The position numbers and the translations under genes are program-made. A stretch of 62,701 bases of DNA, counting the filler, from Globobulimina sp. (lineage: Eukaryota): assembly GCA_003354225.1 (NCBI GenBank). It is 25 parts of 25 records of this genome, joined end to end, with 100 filler letters (N's around TTAATTAATTAA, not from the genome) between each part and the next. Parts side by side here need not be neighbours in the genome. Positions count along the whole stretch, not along the records: positions 1 to 2,414 come from PIVH01006821.1; positions 2,515 to 4,928 come from PIVH01006822.1; positions 5,029 to 7,442 come from PIVH01006823.1; positions 7,543 to 9,956 come from PIVH01006824.1; positions 10,057 to 12,470 come from PIVH01006825.1; 20 more parts are not named here. One strand, written 5' to 3'. Under the pieces are notes generated by a model. The model was not told the origin of the DNA. It saw only the letters and a program-made list of their open reading frames with translations, and searched no databases. Of the stretch, positions 1-10,058 are shown one piece after another. How positions within the stretch are numbered: position 1 is the first letter of the stretch; every line of letters begins with the position of its first letter.

Positions 1-7
1 ACCAATA

Positions 8-1078
8 ATGAAAAAATTGTTTAGAAAGAAAAATCAAGAAATCGAAAAGCAAATGAAGCTCGAACAAGAAAAACAAAACAAAACATTAAAAATATTATTA
101 TTAGGTCCAGCCACCTCTGGCAAATCAACGTTATTGAAACAGATGAAAAAAATTGATAACAATTTCGATGAAAAGCAACAATGCAAATCGATGACGCAAA
201 CAATCAAAAGTGCAGTGGTCAGATATATGAAAACGTTATGTCAGAATAAAAACATTTGTGACAACGCCGACATTCAAGCATTACAAAATGATATCTTACA
301 ATTAGAAGCACCATTTGATTTAACCAAAGATGTTGGGAATAAAATCCAAACGCTTTGGGATGATGCCGACATTAAAGAAACGCTAAAACAGAAACAAAAA
401 TTTAAATGTTCTGCTGACTCTGACACTATCCGTTATTTCTTGGATAAAATGCCAGAGATTGCGGTGTCTGATTACTGTCCATCCTTTGAAGATTGTTTAA
501 GACTTCATACCGATTCAAAAGGTTTTCAACAAACCACCATTACAACGAATATTGATGAATATGGAGAGCATATCTTTGAATTTACAGATATCGGTGGCCA
601 GAAATCAGAAATTAAGAAATGGATCAAATTTATTGCAGAGGATGTTCATGCGGTGTTATATGTGGTATCTTTGTCTGACTATGACTGTGGCACAGATGTT
701 GATGATGTAAAATCGAATTCTATTTTGGACGCGATTCAATTGTTTAAAACCATTGCCATGAGTAATAAAGGAAAGTTCTTTAAAGATAAATCGATTTATG
801 TTATGTTGAATAAATTCGATAGATTTGAAGAAAAAATTAAAAATATACCAATTTCTGTCGGATTTGATGACTTCCCGCATGGCGAAATGAACCCGAATGA
901 TGAAAACGATGCGGTCAGATTTGTTGTTGCTAAATTTTTGCAGGTTTTGGATGATGAAAATATTGAATTGGCGGAGCCGATCCATGTGATAAGATCCAAT
1001 GCGTTATGTCAAGATAATACAAACAAAACGTTTTCAGATATTTCAGTCAATTTAATTAATAAAATATTATGTAAATAA
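8..1078 (+). CDS. Heterotrimeric G protein alpha subunit, divergent
   Basis: Intronless 356 aa ORF. P-loop KILLLGPATSGKSTLLKQM, helical domain, G3 DIGGQ, SLSDYD, G4 LNKFD. Confidence 0.93.
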   Translation: MKKLFRKKNQEIEKQMKLEQEKQNKTLKILLLGPATSGKSTLLKQMKKIDNNFDEKQQCKSMTQTIKSAVVRYMKTLCQNKNICDNADIQALQNDILQLEAPFDLTKDVGNKIQTLWDDADIKETLKQKQKFKCSADSDTIRYFLDKMPEIAVSDYCPSFEDCLRLHTDSKGFQQTTITTNIDEYGEHIFEFTDIGGQKSEIKKWIKFIAEDVHAVLYVVSLSDYDCGTDVDDVKSNSILDAIQLFKTIAMSNKGKFFKDKSIYVMLNKFDRFEEKIKNIPISVGFDDFPHGEMNPNDENDAVRFVVAKFLQVLDDENIELAEPIHVIRSNALCQDNTNKTFSDISVNLINKILCK

Positions 1079-1463
1079 CTAAATTAATATTTGTTTTCTG
1101 TTTTCTTTATTTCTCCACTCGTTTTTCTGTACGTGTTTGCTGTGTTTATATTGCCTCTGTTTTCTGATTGTTTTAGCGAGATTAACTCCGTATATTATTA
1201 GTACTTTTTGTGTGATTTTGTGCTCGGTTTTCTTTAATTTTGTTCAATCGCAATCTTCAATAATTAAAAAGTAAATAATAATAAGTCAAAGGGTCTGCGT
1301 TTTCATATTTACCAATGATTCATTATGATTGTTACCAACAAGATTGTGGCTAATGTCTATCAAATAAATGATGTAACAAAAAACACATGACCATCATATA
1401 TGTTTGTAGATGTTTTAATATTAAGGTCTAGCATTCCTAGCTAAACTAATTCATTATCAAAGA

Positions 1464-2167
1464 ATGGCAAACGCAAAGTCAGCTTTAAAAATATTAGTTT
1501 TACAATTGTTATTTCCCTTACTTATTATAGGGCTTTCAGGAGATTTTTGGTGGTTTGATGGATGGTTATGGACTATTTTAGCGATGTTGATGGGAAATAT
1601 AATTCATATTTATTTATTTTTTAAAAATCCAGGATTGTTCTATGAATTAAAAGATTGAAAACATCATCAAATGATCAAGTGGGGGCTGATAAAATCATAT
1701 TTAAGATAGGTTCGATAATAACGCTGAGCTGGTTTATTATTATTCCAATGGACGTAAAGAGATATAAATGGTCAACACATTTCCTTCAATTTAATATGAA
1801 TTATCCTTTATTAAAATGGTTTAATTTTGGGATGATGGTATTTGGTGAATATATTATTTTTCGTTCATATTATGATAATAGTTATTTATCGCCAATATTA
1901 AGACTACAAAAGGAACGAAAACAAAAAGTGGTCGACACCGGATTGTATGCTATTATCCGTCATCCAATGTACTGTGGAATTGTTGTATGGCAGCTATTCA
2001 GCTCAATGTTTTTTGCTTCATTTTATGGTTTACTTATATCGATTGCGACTGTTATCGTATTCCTGATACGGATTGGTTTCGAGGAACAAATGCTTGAAAA
2101 TGGCTTGGATGGATATATTAAATATAAAAAAAAGGTTCAATATAAATTACTTCCTTTTATTATTTGA
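1464..2167 (+). pseudogene. Isoprenylcysteine carboxyl methyltransferase (ICMT/PEMT) family membrane protein, frameshifted at ~1647-1651
   Basis: Two overlapping hydrophobic ORFs in different frames. The C-terminal part has VVDTGLYAIIRHPMY and RIGFEEQML..GY..Y. Removing TTAAA (1647-1651) gives ..PGLFYE-RLKT... There is no GT-AG intron at the junction. Confidence 0.75.
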
Positions 2168-2414
2168 TTCCGTAAAAACATTTTATAATTACTCAAAACA
2201 GAAATTTCTGGAAAAATTACATTATTTGACAAAAACAACTTTCTTGCATTCAGTTTACAATCCTGATTTTGTATTGTATAGTGTATTGGGTTTGTTACAA
2301 ATTAAATTAAATCTAAAAACGTTTTGCATATGAAAAATAAATTTAAAAAACATTTGGATGACTAGCTTACTTCGTTAAAATCCTAAAATCACTGTTAGCA
2401 CCACAAACGACAAA

Positions 2415-2514
2415 NNNNNNNNNNNNNNNNNNNNNNNNNNNNNNNNNNNNNNNNNNNNTTAATTAATTAANNNNNNNNNNNNNNNNNNNNNNNNNNNNNN
2501 NNNNNNNNNNNNNN
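2415..2514. other. Artificial contig-joining spacer (N44-TTAATTAATTAA-N44); first of 24 identical spacers
   Basis: The same 100-nt block recurs every ~2.51 kb. TTAATTAATTAA gives stops in all six frames. Contig lengths fall monotonically from 2414 to 2410. Confidence 0.99.
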
Positions 2515-4196
2515 ATTGATTTAAAACCATATTTTGGTTTAAAAGCGCATTCGATGTCAAAAATTTGATTTGTTTTTTGGTCACAAAATATCTCAGAATT
2601 GCCAACAACAACAATATTGAAACCGTAACAATGGATATAATCAACACTGTAATCATGAGTTCCGACAACATTCTATCATTATACGTTGACGGCGCTAAAC
2701 TGATTTGATTATTTTGATAATCATAGATAGAATAATAATTTTTTAGAAACGAATCTCCCATAATCCATATATTGATATTCGGCAACGGCATAAATCCCAA
2801 TTCATTGCTATCGTCCAAATACGAGGCTGCATCCAAATGCATTGTCGTTACATCACCATTCACATTGATCGCGGTAAATGCGATTGTCGGCAAATGCATC
2901 GTTGGATTGATAATATCTTGACAGATAAACACGTCCTGCGAGCTGGCGGACTCACACTGGCAATCTGGCCGATCCTTTGTCAATTCGCTCATAAATTGGT
3001 TATATTCCACCGACGGTATGCCAATGTATGTGGTGCAGGTATCGAATATGGCGGAGACATACTGATTGCTATCCGCATCCTCACTTAATTCATAATTATT
3101 GAACGAAATGGACTGTAAATGTATGCTCCATAGGCCAGGAATATCATAATCGATATTGTCGTTTACATTGAATGTTTGTAATTGCTTCGCATCATAATAT
3201 TTCTCATTATATACATCCTCTCCAATTATTAGTTTTGAGCCAGAGTCTGAATGCCGAGACAAATAAAATGCAAACTGACCATTGCTGTTTTGCTCATTGT
3301 CCACCAATGTTTGCATTATAGTCGGTCGCATTGCTTTTTCTGTCGCGGTCTCGCGCGCAAACCCACAAATGCCATCTGTCAATTTTTTATGCAGTATTCG
3401 TACAATTTGCATGCAAATATGCACAAAATGTATAGAAAATATAATTTCAACGCACTTCACTCGCATCCAAATGTATTCCAATGAGCTAAAAAGACATTTA
3501 GAATGCAATGGAAGTGCATCGAAATCATATTTTGCATGACATAAACACTAAAAACGTCGTTTTTATGTTCGCAAAATCGAACAAATTGAGCTTACCTTGA
3601 GGCTCATACTCAGAAATGGCCATATCCTCAACGGACGTGGCTTGCGCAAATACTTGCGATGCTGCGGTCAATCCGGCGATAACAACCTTGTCTGTGCCCG
3701 CAATGCCCGATGCTTGACCGGTGCCATAGGCGATGCTCCATGGCAATGACAACGAGGTATAAGTGGATGAATCAGCGGCGACAAAATATTTCAAATAATC
3801 TTCATTTATATCGCTATCTGCGGACAGTACCCATAGGTCTGCGGAACCGGTGTCAAACACAACATTAATGAATTCTTGCGGTGGTGTTCCGATGGAGATA
3901 GGTCCCGTGTACATTTTATTAAAAAAATTGGTCATTGTGGCGACATCATCAGAGGCTGCTCCATTTTCCACCATACTGCGTACTAACATATGTCCAGAAT
4001 ATCCGGTTGCGCGCACTCTGCCTTGTAAGGAAATATGTGCTAATTGATTCAGTGAATGGTGAGATAACAAGAAATCATGATGGCCCAACATCCATTTTAT
4101 GGCCAATACACATAATGCAGCTAAAAAAAAGCCAAACAATCCGCGATAAAATATTTTTCTTGCAGCTTTTAAATTTGCTGAAGCTGTCGCGGACAT
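2515..4196 (-). CDS. Membrane-anchored pepsin-family (A1) aspartic protease, 3' partial; intron 3376-3595
   Basis: YTGPISIGTPPQEF..VVFDTGSADLWV; second lobe AIFDTCTTYI; IMGDSFL..YYSIYD; N- and C-terminal TM segments. GTAAG..CAG splicing joins PQ-DGICGFA. Confidence 0.9.
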
Positions 4197-4252
4197 GTTA
4201 CTATATATGTACTTACAACTGAAGTTTTTCCAAAAGAAAATCCATTAAAATC

Positions 4253-4867
4253 ATGGCAACAAGAACAGTGTCCGTTCCTTATGCTTCTCTTGCAGGCGTT
4301 GGACAACTTGACCAGAGGCACTTTCATATTGCAGTGGATGAGGACGAGAAAGCTGGATATCAGTCAGGTAGACGCAAAGGTCATTCGTCATGCATTGTTG
4401 CTACAATTATAATAGTTTTGGCAACTTTGCTTTTGGGCTATTTGGGATACGCACTTTCCCAAATGATGCAATCTGAGGCAGTGGGATCTTTTACCCACAC
4501 ATTGCAAGCAATGGAGCAAAGTCGGCATCCCAATACGCAAATTGATCCGGATATTTTGAGGAAACAACATCATCAAAAAACAGCGGATAAAGTGGCAACT
4601 CGCAGAATAAAAGAAAGACCGATGCATCAGTTGTCATTTTATGATGATATAAGTGGTGGGAAGGTGGAAGAGAGTGAACCATTGATACGGAACTATGAGA
4701 CATTGCGAGCAATGCAAAAGAAACCAACGACATATTTGAGACATAAGACACATCCGAAATTGTTAAAGTTGAAACAAGAGGGAGCTGCACTGATTCATGC
4801 ACTTCGACAACACAAAAATTTGAAACAAAACTTATTAAATATTAATGGGAATAAAAAAGTAAATTAA
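4253..4867 (+). CDS. Hypothetical single-pass membrane protein
   Basis: 204 aa ORF with one hydrophobic helix (IVATIIIVLATLLLGYLGYAL); head-to-head with the protease gene. Confidence 0.6.
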   Translation: MATRTVSVPYASLAGVGQLDQRHFHIAVDEDEKAGYQSGRRKGHSSCIVATIIIVLATLLLGYLGYALSQMMQSEAVGSFTHTLQAMEQSRHPNTQIDPDILRKQHHQKTADKVATRRIKERPMHQLSFYDDISGGKVEESEPLIRNYETLRAMQKKPTTYLRHKTHPKLLKLKQEGAALIHALRQHKNLKQNLLNINGNKKVN

Positions 4868-5029
4868 ATTGTATATTTGTTGAACAATTGTTTTGAGTTT
4901 AAATAAATTTGCTTCTTTGACACCATTCNNNNNNNNNNNNNNNNNNNNNNNNNNNNNNNNNNNNNNNNNNNNTTAATTAATTAANNNNNNNNNNNNNNNN
5001 NNNNNNNNNNNNNNNNNNNNNNNNNNNNT

Positions 5030-5245
5030 TTTTCAAAACAAGATATTGTCAACATTCGTGGTACAAAATCTATGAAAAATGAAAAAAAAGAATCGAATAA
5101 AAAAAGAATGGATACTATTGTTACAAGAAGAAAATTAGTGGATTTGGTTAAAGCGCAATCGGACGAAATTCAATTTTTACGAAATGAATTGGATCGGTTA
5201 CGAAGAAAAACATTTCCTTCATTTTCTATTGCTGATTCACAATGA
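5030..5245 (+). CDS. CFAP43: Cilia- and flagella-associated protein 43 (WDR96), C-terminal fragment
   Basis: Not in the ORF track. The frame is open from the contig edge and reads ...MDTIVTRRKLVDLVKAQSDEIQFLRNELDRLRRKTFPSF..*, matching the RRKLVD...RLRxKTFP tail I recall for CFAP43. Confidence 0.75.
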   Translation, partial: FSKQDIVNIRGTKSMKNEKKESNKKRMDTIVTRRKLVDLVKAQSDEIQFLRNELDRLRRKTFPSFSIADSQ

Positions 5246-5346
5246 TTCAATGGAAAATATTTCGCATTTTCAACTTGTGTTGGGTTGGTTGTTTGAAATA
5301 TAAGTATTTAATTTTACTAAGTTCAAAGGTTTTAAATAGTCTAATC

Positions 5347-5904
5347 ATGGCTTCGTTTGTGGATTTTGTGTTTCCTGGCGAGAAACTAGGTTCCTCTAAA
5401 TCGTGCAAATCACTATTTGGCACTTATTGTAACGATAAAGAGGAAATAATCGCAACTATTTCAGGAATTAAGCAAAAAAATAGAAAGCATGGGATCAAGG
5501 TAGCTCATTGGAAAAGAGCAGGCAGAATACCTTCAGTCAATGATATTGTGATTGCCAAAATAGTTAAAATAGCACAACGATACGCCCAAGCACAAATTAT
5601 CTGTCTCAATGATAAACCATTATTGCATTCTTGCATTGGTATAATCAGACAGCAGGATGTCAGAGAAGTAGATTCCGACACGGTACAAATTTGGAAATGT
5701 TTCCGTCCCTCAGATATCATCAAAGCAAAGATAATATCGCTCGGAAATCAAAATGATTATTATCTATCAACATCGGACTCGCAATTTGGTGTCGTATCCG
5801 CCACCTCGGCACTGGGACATTCCATGAAACCAATCAGTTGGAACAAAATGCAATGTATAACCACAAACATCATCGAAGCGCGCAAAGTTGCCAAAGTCAC
5901 TTGA
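5347..5904 (+). CDS. CSL4: Exosome complex cap subunit Csl4/EXOSC1
   Basis: VFPGEKLG N-terminus and S1 domain (IPSVNDIVIAKI, GIIRQQDVR, CFRPSDIIKAKIISLG, YYLST, EARKVAK). Likely start is the ATG at 5347. Confidence 0.92.
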   Translation: MASFVDFVFPGEKLGSSKSCKSLFGTYCNDKEEIIATISGIKQKNRKHGIKVAHWKRAGRIPSVNDIVIAKIVKIAQRYAQAQIICLNDKPLLHSCIGIIRQQDVREVDSDTVQIWKCFRPSDIIKAKIISLGNQNDYYLSTSDSQFGVVSATSALGHSMKPISWNKMQCITTNIIEARKVAKVT

Positions 5905-5943
5905 TTTATGACTATATCCTTGCACTGATTTACAAAAAATGTC

Positions 5944-7151
5944 TTATAAAAACAACATTTTAACAGAAGCAACACCCAAAATAACACTAAATATAACTTT
6001 AAGATACGCGTCAGGTATCTCCAAAGCCACATTGGCTGACAAAGTCATTCCAGCAGCACACGAACCGCCTAAAATGAGCGCTATGGGTAGCACCACATGC
6101 TTCATTCTATAATGCACCAAGGAGCCAATCAGTGCCGTTGGCGCAATGCACATCAACGAAGTGGCCACAGCTTCGTGTTGGGATAAGTCCGTAAACCCCG
6201 CCATCGCCGCAGTCATAACCACTCCGCCTCCGATTCCAATTAAGCCGCTCAAAAAGCCAGACACGCAGCCAATGCCACAGAAATGCCAATTCTTTCTGTA
6301 CCATTGCAAGGTGTCATTTTGGAAGAACTCATCCTCTGCAATATGCTTCCTTATAATCTCGCTCATATCCTCGCGATTGGAGCCATGTCCCGGCGGTGGG
6401 ATGCTTGGGTCATACTTTTTAAGTATCAATGGGATGCAGGAAAACAATGAGATGCCAGTTATCCGCGTTAACAACTTTCCACTGAGCATTGAGTTTGTTT
6501 TTGCGCCCAACGCAGAGAACGCCATACTAAATAAGGCGATGTTTAATGCGATGGGCACACGCGTCACATCCGAGGACAGCGTATAATTTGCTGTGGCTAT
6601 CAAAGCGCCCGCTGCTACGGCTACTAAACTGTGGCAGAAACATAAGAGGCAGCGACTAGGGCTCAGAGATAGGGATACCTGGTCCCTGCGATTTGATGTG
6701 CGGTCATGGTGGTTATATAGCGTAATAACGGGATCATGACTATACCGCCACCCACACCGCACAGGGCGCCGCATAAACCGCCGAATGCGCCACAAATACC
6801 AACTTTCCATGGGTTGGCGTTGAAACCTAAGTCTCTGTAATATTGTTTCAAGCCGGGATTAAATGTACGTTGCCAATGGGATGGCTGTGCTTTCTTTGAA
6901 AATGAGCGTAATGAGTGGATATGGAAGAATCGGTTGGGTGTTACATTTATATTTCTGACTTTGCTGCATTTGATGAGGTTTATTGAGTTTGTGTTGATAT
7001 GGTGCTGCAATGAGAAATTTAGTTTATTTATATGGAGGTTTGAATTGTGAGTAATAGTGGATTGAATTGTATGGTTGGTCGTTTTGATTAGTTTGGGCAA
7101 TGTGGCGTCTTTTGAGATGGGATTTGTTGAAGAACTTAATCTGCACAGCAT
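5944..7151 (-). CDS. TSUP (TauE/SafE) family transporter with long N-terminal presequence; intron 6629-6678
   Basis: Two GxxGxGGGxx motifs (GALCGVGGGIVMIP; SGLIGIGGGVV) and AxxTSL motifs. A 50-nt GT..AG intron joins IAGT-SLVAV. Confidence 0.85.
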
Positions 7152-7543
7152 TGTTGAATTAACTGCAATCACAGAGTAAGCGTAGTAAAAATGGACTTAA
7201 CATTCCCAAGGCCGTTTTTATAATATTTTATGCATAATATTACACTTGAAGTGACTTGGTGATATTTCGCATCGATGTGTTCCAACCATTCTAAAGTATT
7301 TAATTTATGCATATATTCAAACTGCACAATATAAAATAGGAAAAGCACCTTGATTGACCTTTGTAGCATTTGGTGAGATTGACGCATTTGAGAAAGTTAT
7401 TTTCACTCCTTTTATTGTTACGGTTGTTTTTCCTGGTTTTATNNNNNNNNNNNNNNNNNNNNNNNNNNNNNNNNNNNNNNNNNNNNTTAATTAATTAANN
7501 NNNNNNNNNNNNNNNNNNNNNNNNNNNNNNNNNNNNNNNNNNT

Positions 7544-8131
7544 CGATTAAGAGCTGAAAATGGTATTAAACCGTTATGTGTCTGTCGATGCATTAAAAAT
7601 ATACAAACAATCACCACCGACACCACGCGCGACATTGCACATTCTGTGTCTGCGGCAGTTTCAACTACAATCAAAGCAAGAACTTCATCACAATTAACCC
7701 GTTCGGAAGCATTTAAAGCAAAATCTACATCTCGACCAACAATACAATTATCAGCCATTCAGGAAACAGTAAGTGATGGAAAAGCAACTTTAGACAGAAA
7801 AGAAGGCGATGGTCAGTATCCAACTTTAGACCGAAGGCGATCGTCAGTATCGATATCATCGCTTGACAGTGATCAGGAACATACTATTAATGATAATGAG
7901 AGTTACAGTCCTAAAAAACATGCAATTGATAAGACCGAAGGGGTGCTTGAAAGAAAAGAATTGTTGAAGTTAACCACAGTGAAATTAGCTAGAAAGTGTA
8001 GAGAAATGAATATATCATCAAAGGGAAGTAAAGCAGATTTGGTTAATCGTATAATAGCTTCGAACAAAGCATTAACAAAAGTTACACCAAAATTAAAATT
8101 AATTGCAAGTGATAGTACTTCCACAATATAG
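7544..8131 (+). CDS. Protein C-terminus with SAP-like DNA-binding motif, 5' partial
   Basis: Frame open from the contig edge; LLKLTTVKLARKCREMNISSKGSKADLVNRI fits the SAP pattern. Confidence 0.65.
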   Translation, partial: RLRAENGIKPLCVCRCIKNIQTITTDTTRDIAHSVSAAVSTTIKARTSSQLTRSEAFKAKSTSRPTIQLSAIQETVSDGKATLDRKEGDGQYPTLDRRRSSVSISSLDSDQEHTINDNESYSPKKHAIDKTEGVLERKELLKLTTVKLARKCREMNISSKGSKADLVNRIIASNKALTKVTPKLKLIASDSTSTI

Positions 8132-8345
8132 TATGTAAAGAGCATGCTAGCTTATTTAAATTTTTATGATTGTTTTTCTAAACTTTTTTGAGTGTGCTGT
8201 ACATGTGTTTTTTTTTTATGTTTTGCAAATCCATTGTGTAATAGTTTATTATTAGAATTTAGTGAAATTCGTGATCGTTTTTTGTGTCTTCATATAAAAT
8301 GAATGCGCGGACATAAACCTGAAAAAAAACCGTGTACTACATATT

Positions 8346-9026
8346 ATGAACATGTCACCGTTTTTGCTTTTGATAGCAAACCTAGTATTTATAGTTACAG
8401 GGTATAACGACTTATGTATTCGAGGGAGTGGCCTGACTGACTTAGATCAACGGTATATATTTGACCTAAATTCTGAGCAGCCATACGGTGAATTTAATTT
8501 AGTCTGGAAAGGAGTGCGAAAAACAGAATATTGGTTTTGGTTGGCATTTTATAATAAATCTTATGAATGGACTATTGATAATAAAAACGACCAAGTTTTA
8601 AGATATTGTACACTGACAACAAAGCAGCAGGATAATATTAAGAAAGGTGAGATTTCATACATTTATCCATATTCATGCGAATCTTGGCGTTCCCATAATC
8701 CGCAAACAAAAAAAAGCCAAGCTTTGGACCATATGGAGGTGTTTGACTGTGATATCTATTCAATCGATGAGTTGTTAGAATATATTGTATTTTCTACCGG
8801 CAAATCTGCCACAATTAATTCTGATGGAAAAATTGTAATTGATACCGATTCAAATACGAATGCTAAAAAATCTAATCATGAGACAAATGGATGGGATTTA
8901 AGATATATTGATATTATGTATATTGTGGTATTGACAATTATGGCATACTTTGTGTTTAAAAAGCAACAGAGAGAAAAAACACGAAGTTTATATCGTCCCG
9001 TCAATACTGATAATGATGAAACATGA
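8346..9026 (+). CDS. Hypothetical type I membrane protein
   Basis: Signal peptide, Cys/Trp-containing ectodomain, C-terminal TM segment and short basic tail. Confidence 0.7.
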   Translation: MNMSPFLLLIANLVFIVTGYNDLCIRGSGLTDLDQRYIFDLNSEQPYGEFNLVWKGVRKTEYWFWLAFYNKSYEWTIDNKNDQVLRYCTLTTKQQDNIKKGEISYIYPYSCESWRSHNPQTKKSQALDHMEVFDCDIYSIDELLEYIVFSTGKSATINSDGKIVIDTDSNTNAKKSNHETNGWDLRYIDIMYIVVLTIMAYFVFKKQQREKTRSLYRPVNTDNDET

Positions 9027-9156
9027 CAATGAAAACAGTTTATTGTTTGTAGTTTGCTCTCTATTATACGCCAGATGGTACTTTTTTTCATAACAAACTA
9101 TGTATCAAAACTTATCATCAATCAACAAAATCGGATAAGTAAAATAATAAAAAAAA

Positions 9157-9570
9157 GAGCGGATATAGCTAATGTTAATCAGAATCGCAGGCAAACGAAG
9201 CCTTGAAACATCCTAATGCTTACTGGCCAGTTTTGAATGCATATTGAATGCACGAACGAGGCTCATAACGTAGGCCAGCGGGGATGAACATAGATTCTAT
9301 TTGCGATTAATGCACTAAACTCATATCCTGACCAAATCCTATAACACTATATCTGCGCTACACGGTTGAGAGTAGAATGCATTACTTTGGATTTTGTTTG
9401 AAGTTAATACAGAAAGATCTTCAAATTTGTTTTTAGTGCAACTACACTAAACTAGGATTATGACGGTAATCTAGGAGCTAGGATGGTTATGAAGAACACG
9501 TATGCTCAACACAACCACTACAATCAACTGTATGGTGAATGTTATAACTGGATTGGCTTATTCCTTCCTT
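9157..9570 (+). ncRNA. Candidate structured non-coding RNA, family unassigned
   Basis: No ORF; GC is higher than in the flanks; many complementary segments whose imperfect pairs are G-U on the + strand (see findings). Confidence 0.5.
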
Positions 9571-9674
9571 GCATTACAAACATATATTTATAGTACAAAA
9601 ATATGCTATGAATTTATTTTATGGGACATTAATTGTTAAAAATAATTAAGTAAATTACGATCTGAAAAATTTAA

Positions 9675-9956
9675 TCAAACATTGGTTCGACAAACAGGAC
9701 ACCGTGGCTGCTGTGGTCTATTTAACCAATTATCAACACAATGTTGATGAAACTCATGCATACATTGCAATCTTCGCACTCTGTCACCAACACTAAAACT
9801 AACCAAACATATTTGACACTCTTTCTTATTTTCATCCTTATCCCTTACCCCAATATCATTAATATCCAATGTTTGTAGTGGCGAATTTCTCCATGAACCA
9901 TCATTATTATTACCACGCATATCATTGATATTCATAGTAACATCAGCTCCATTGTT
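9675..9956 (-). CDS. RING-H2 finger E3 ligase C-terminus, 5' partial
   Basis: CQIC-x14-CMHEFHQHCVDNWL-x6-CPVCR. Confidence 0.9.
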   Translation of the reverse strand, partial: NNGADVTMNINDMRGNNNDGSWRNSPLQTLDINDIGVRDKDENKKECQICLVSFSVGDRVRRLQCMHEFHQHCVDNWLNRPQQPRCPVCRTNV

Positions 9957-10058
9957 NNNNNNNNNNNNNNNNNNNNNNNNNNNNNNNNNNNNNNNNNNNN
10001 TTAATTAATTAANNNNNNNNNNNNNNNNNNNNNNNNNNNNNNNNNNNNNNNNNNNNAC

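Noticed and set aside
2459-2470. Regularly spaced TTAATTAATTAA palindrome, and ORFs ending X..LIN or X..N
   Set aside because: Synthetic linker inside N padding; not biological and not a CRISPR or repeat array.
9195-9270. RNase P/MRP P4 assignment for the structured RNA
   Set aside because: The CR-I- and CR-V-like strands are only ~50 nt apart and lack the bulged U; kept only as a hypothesis.
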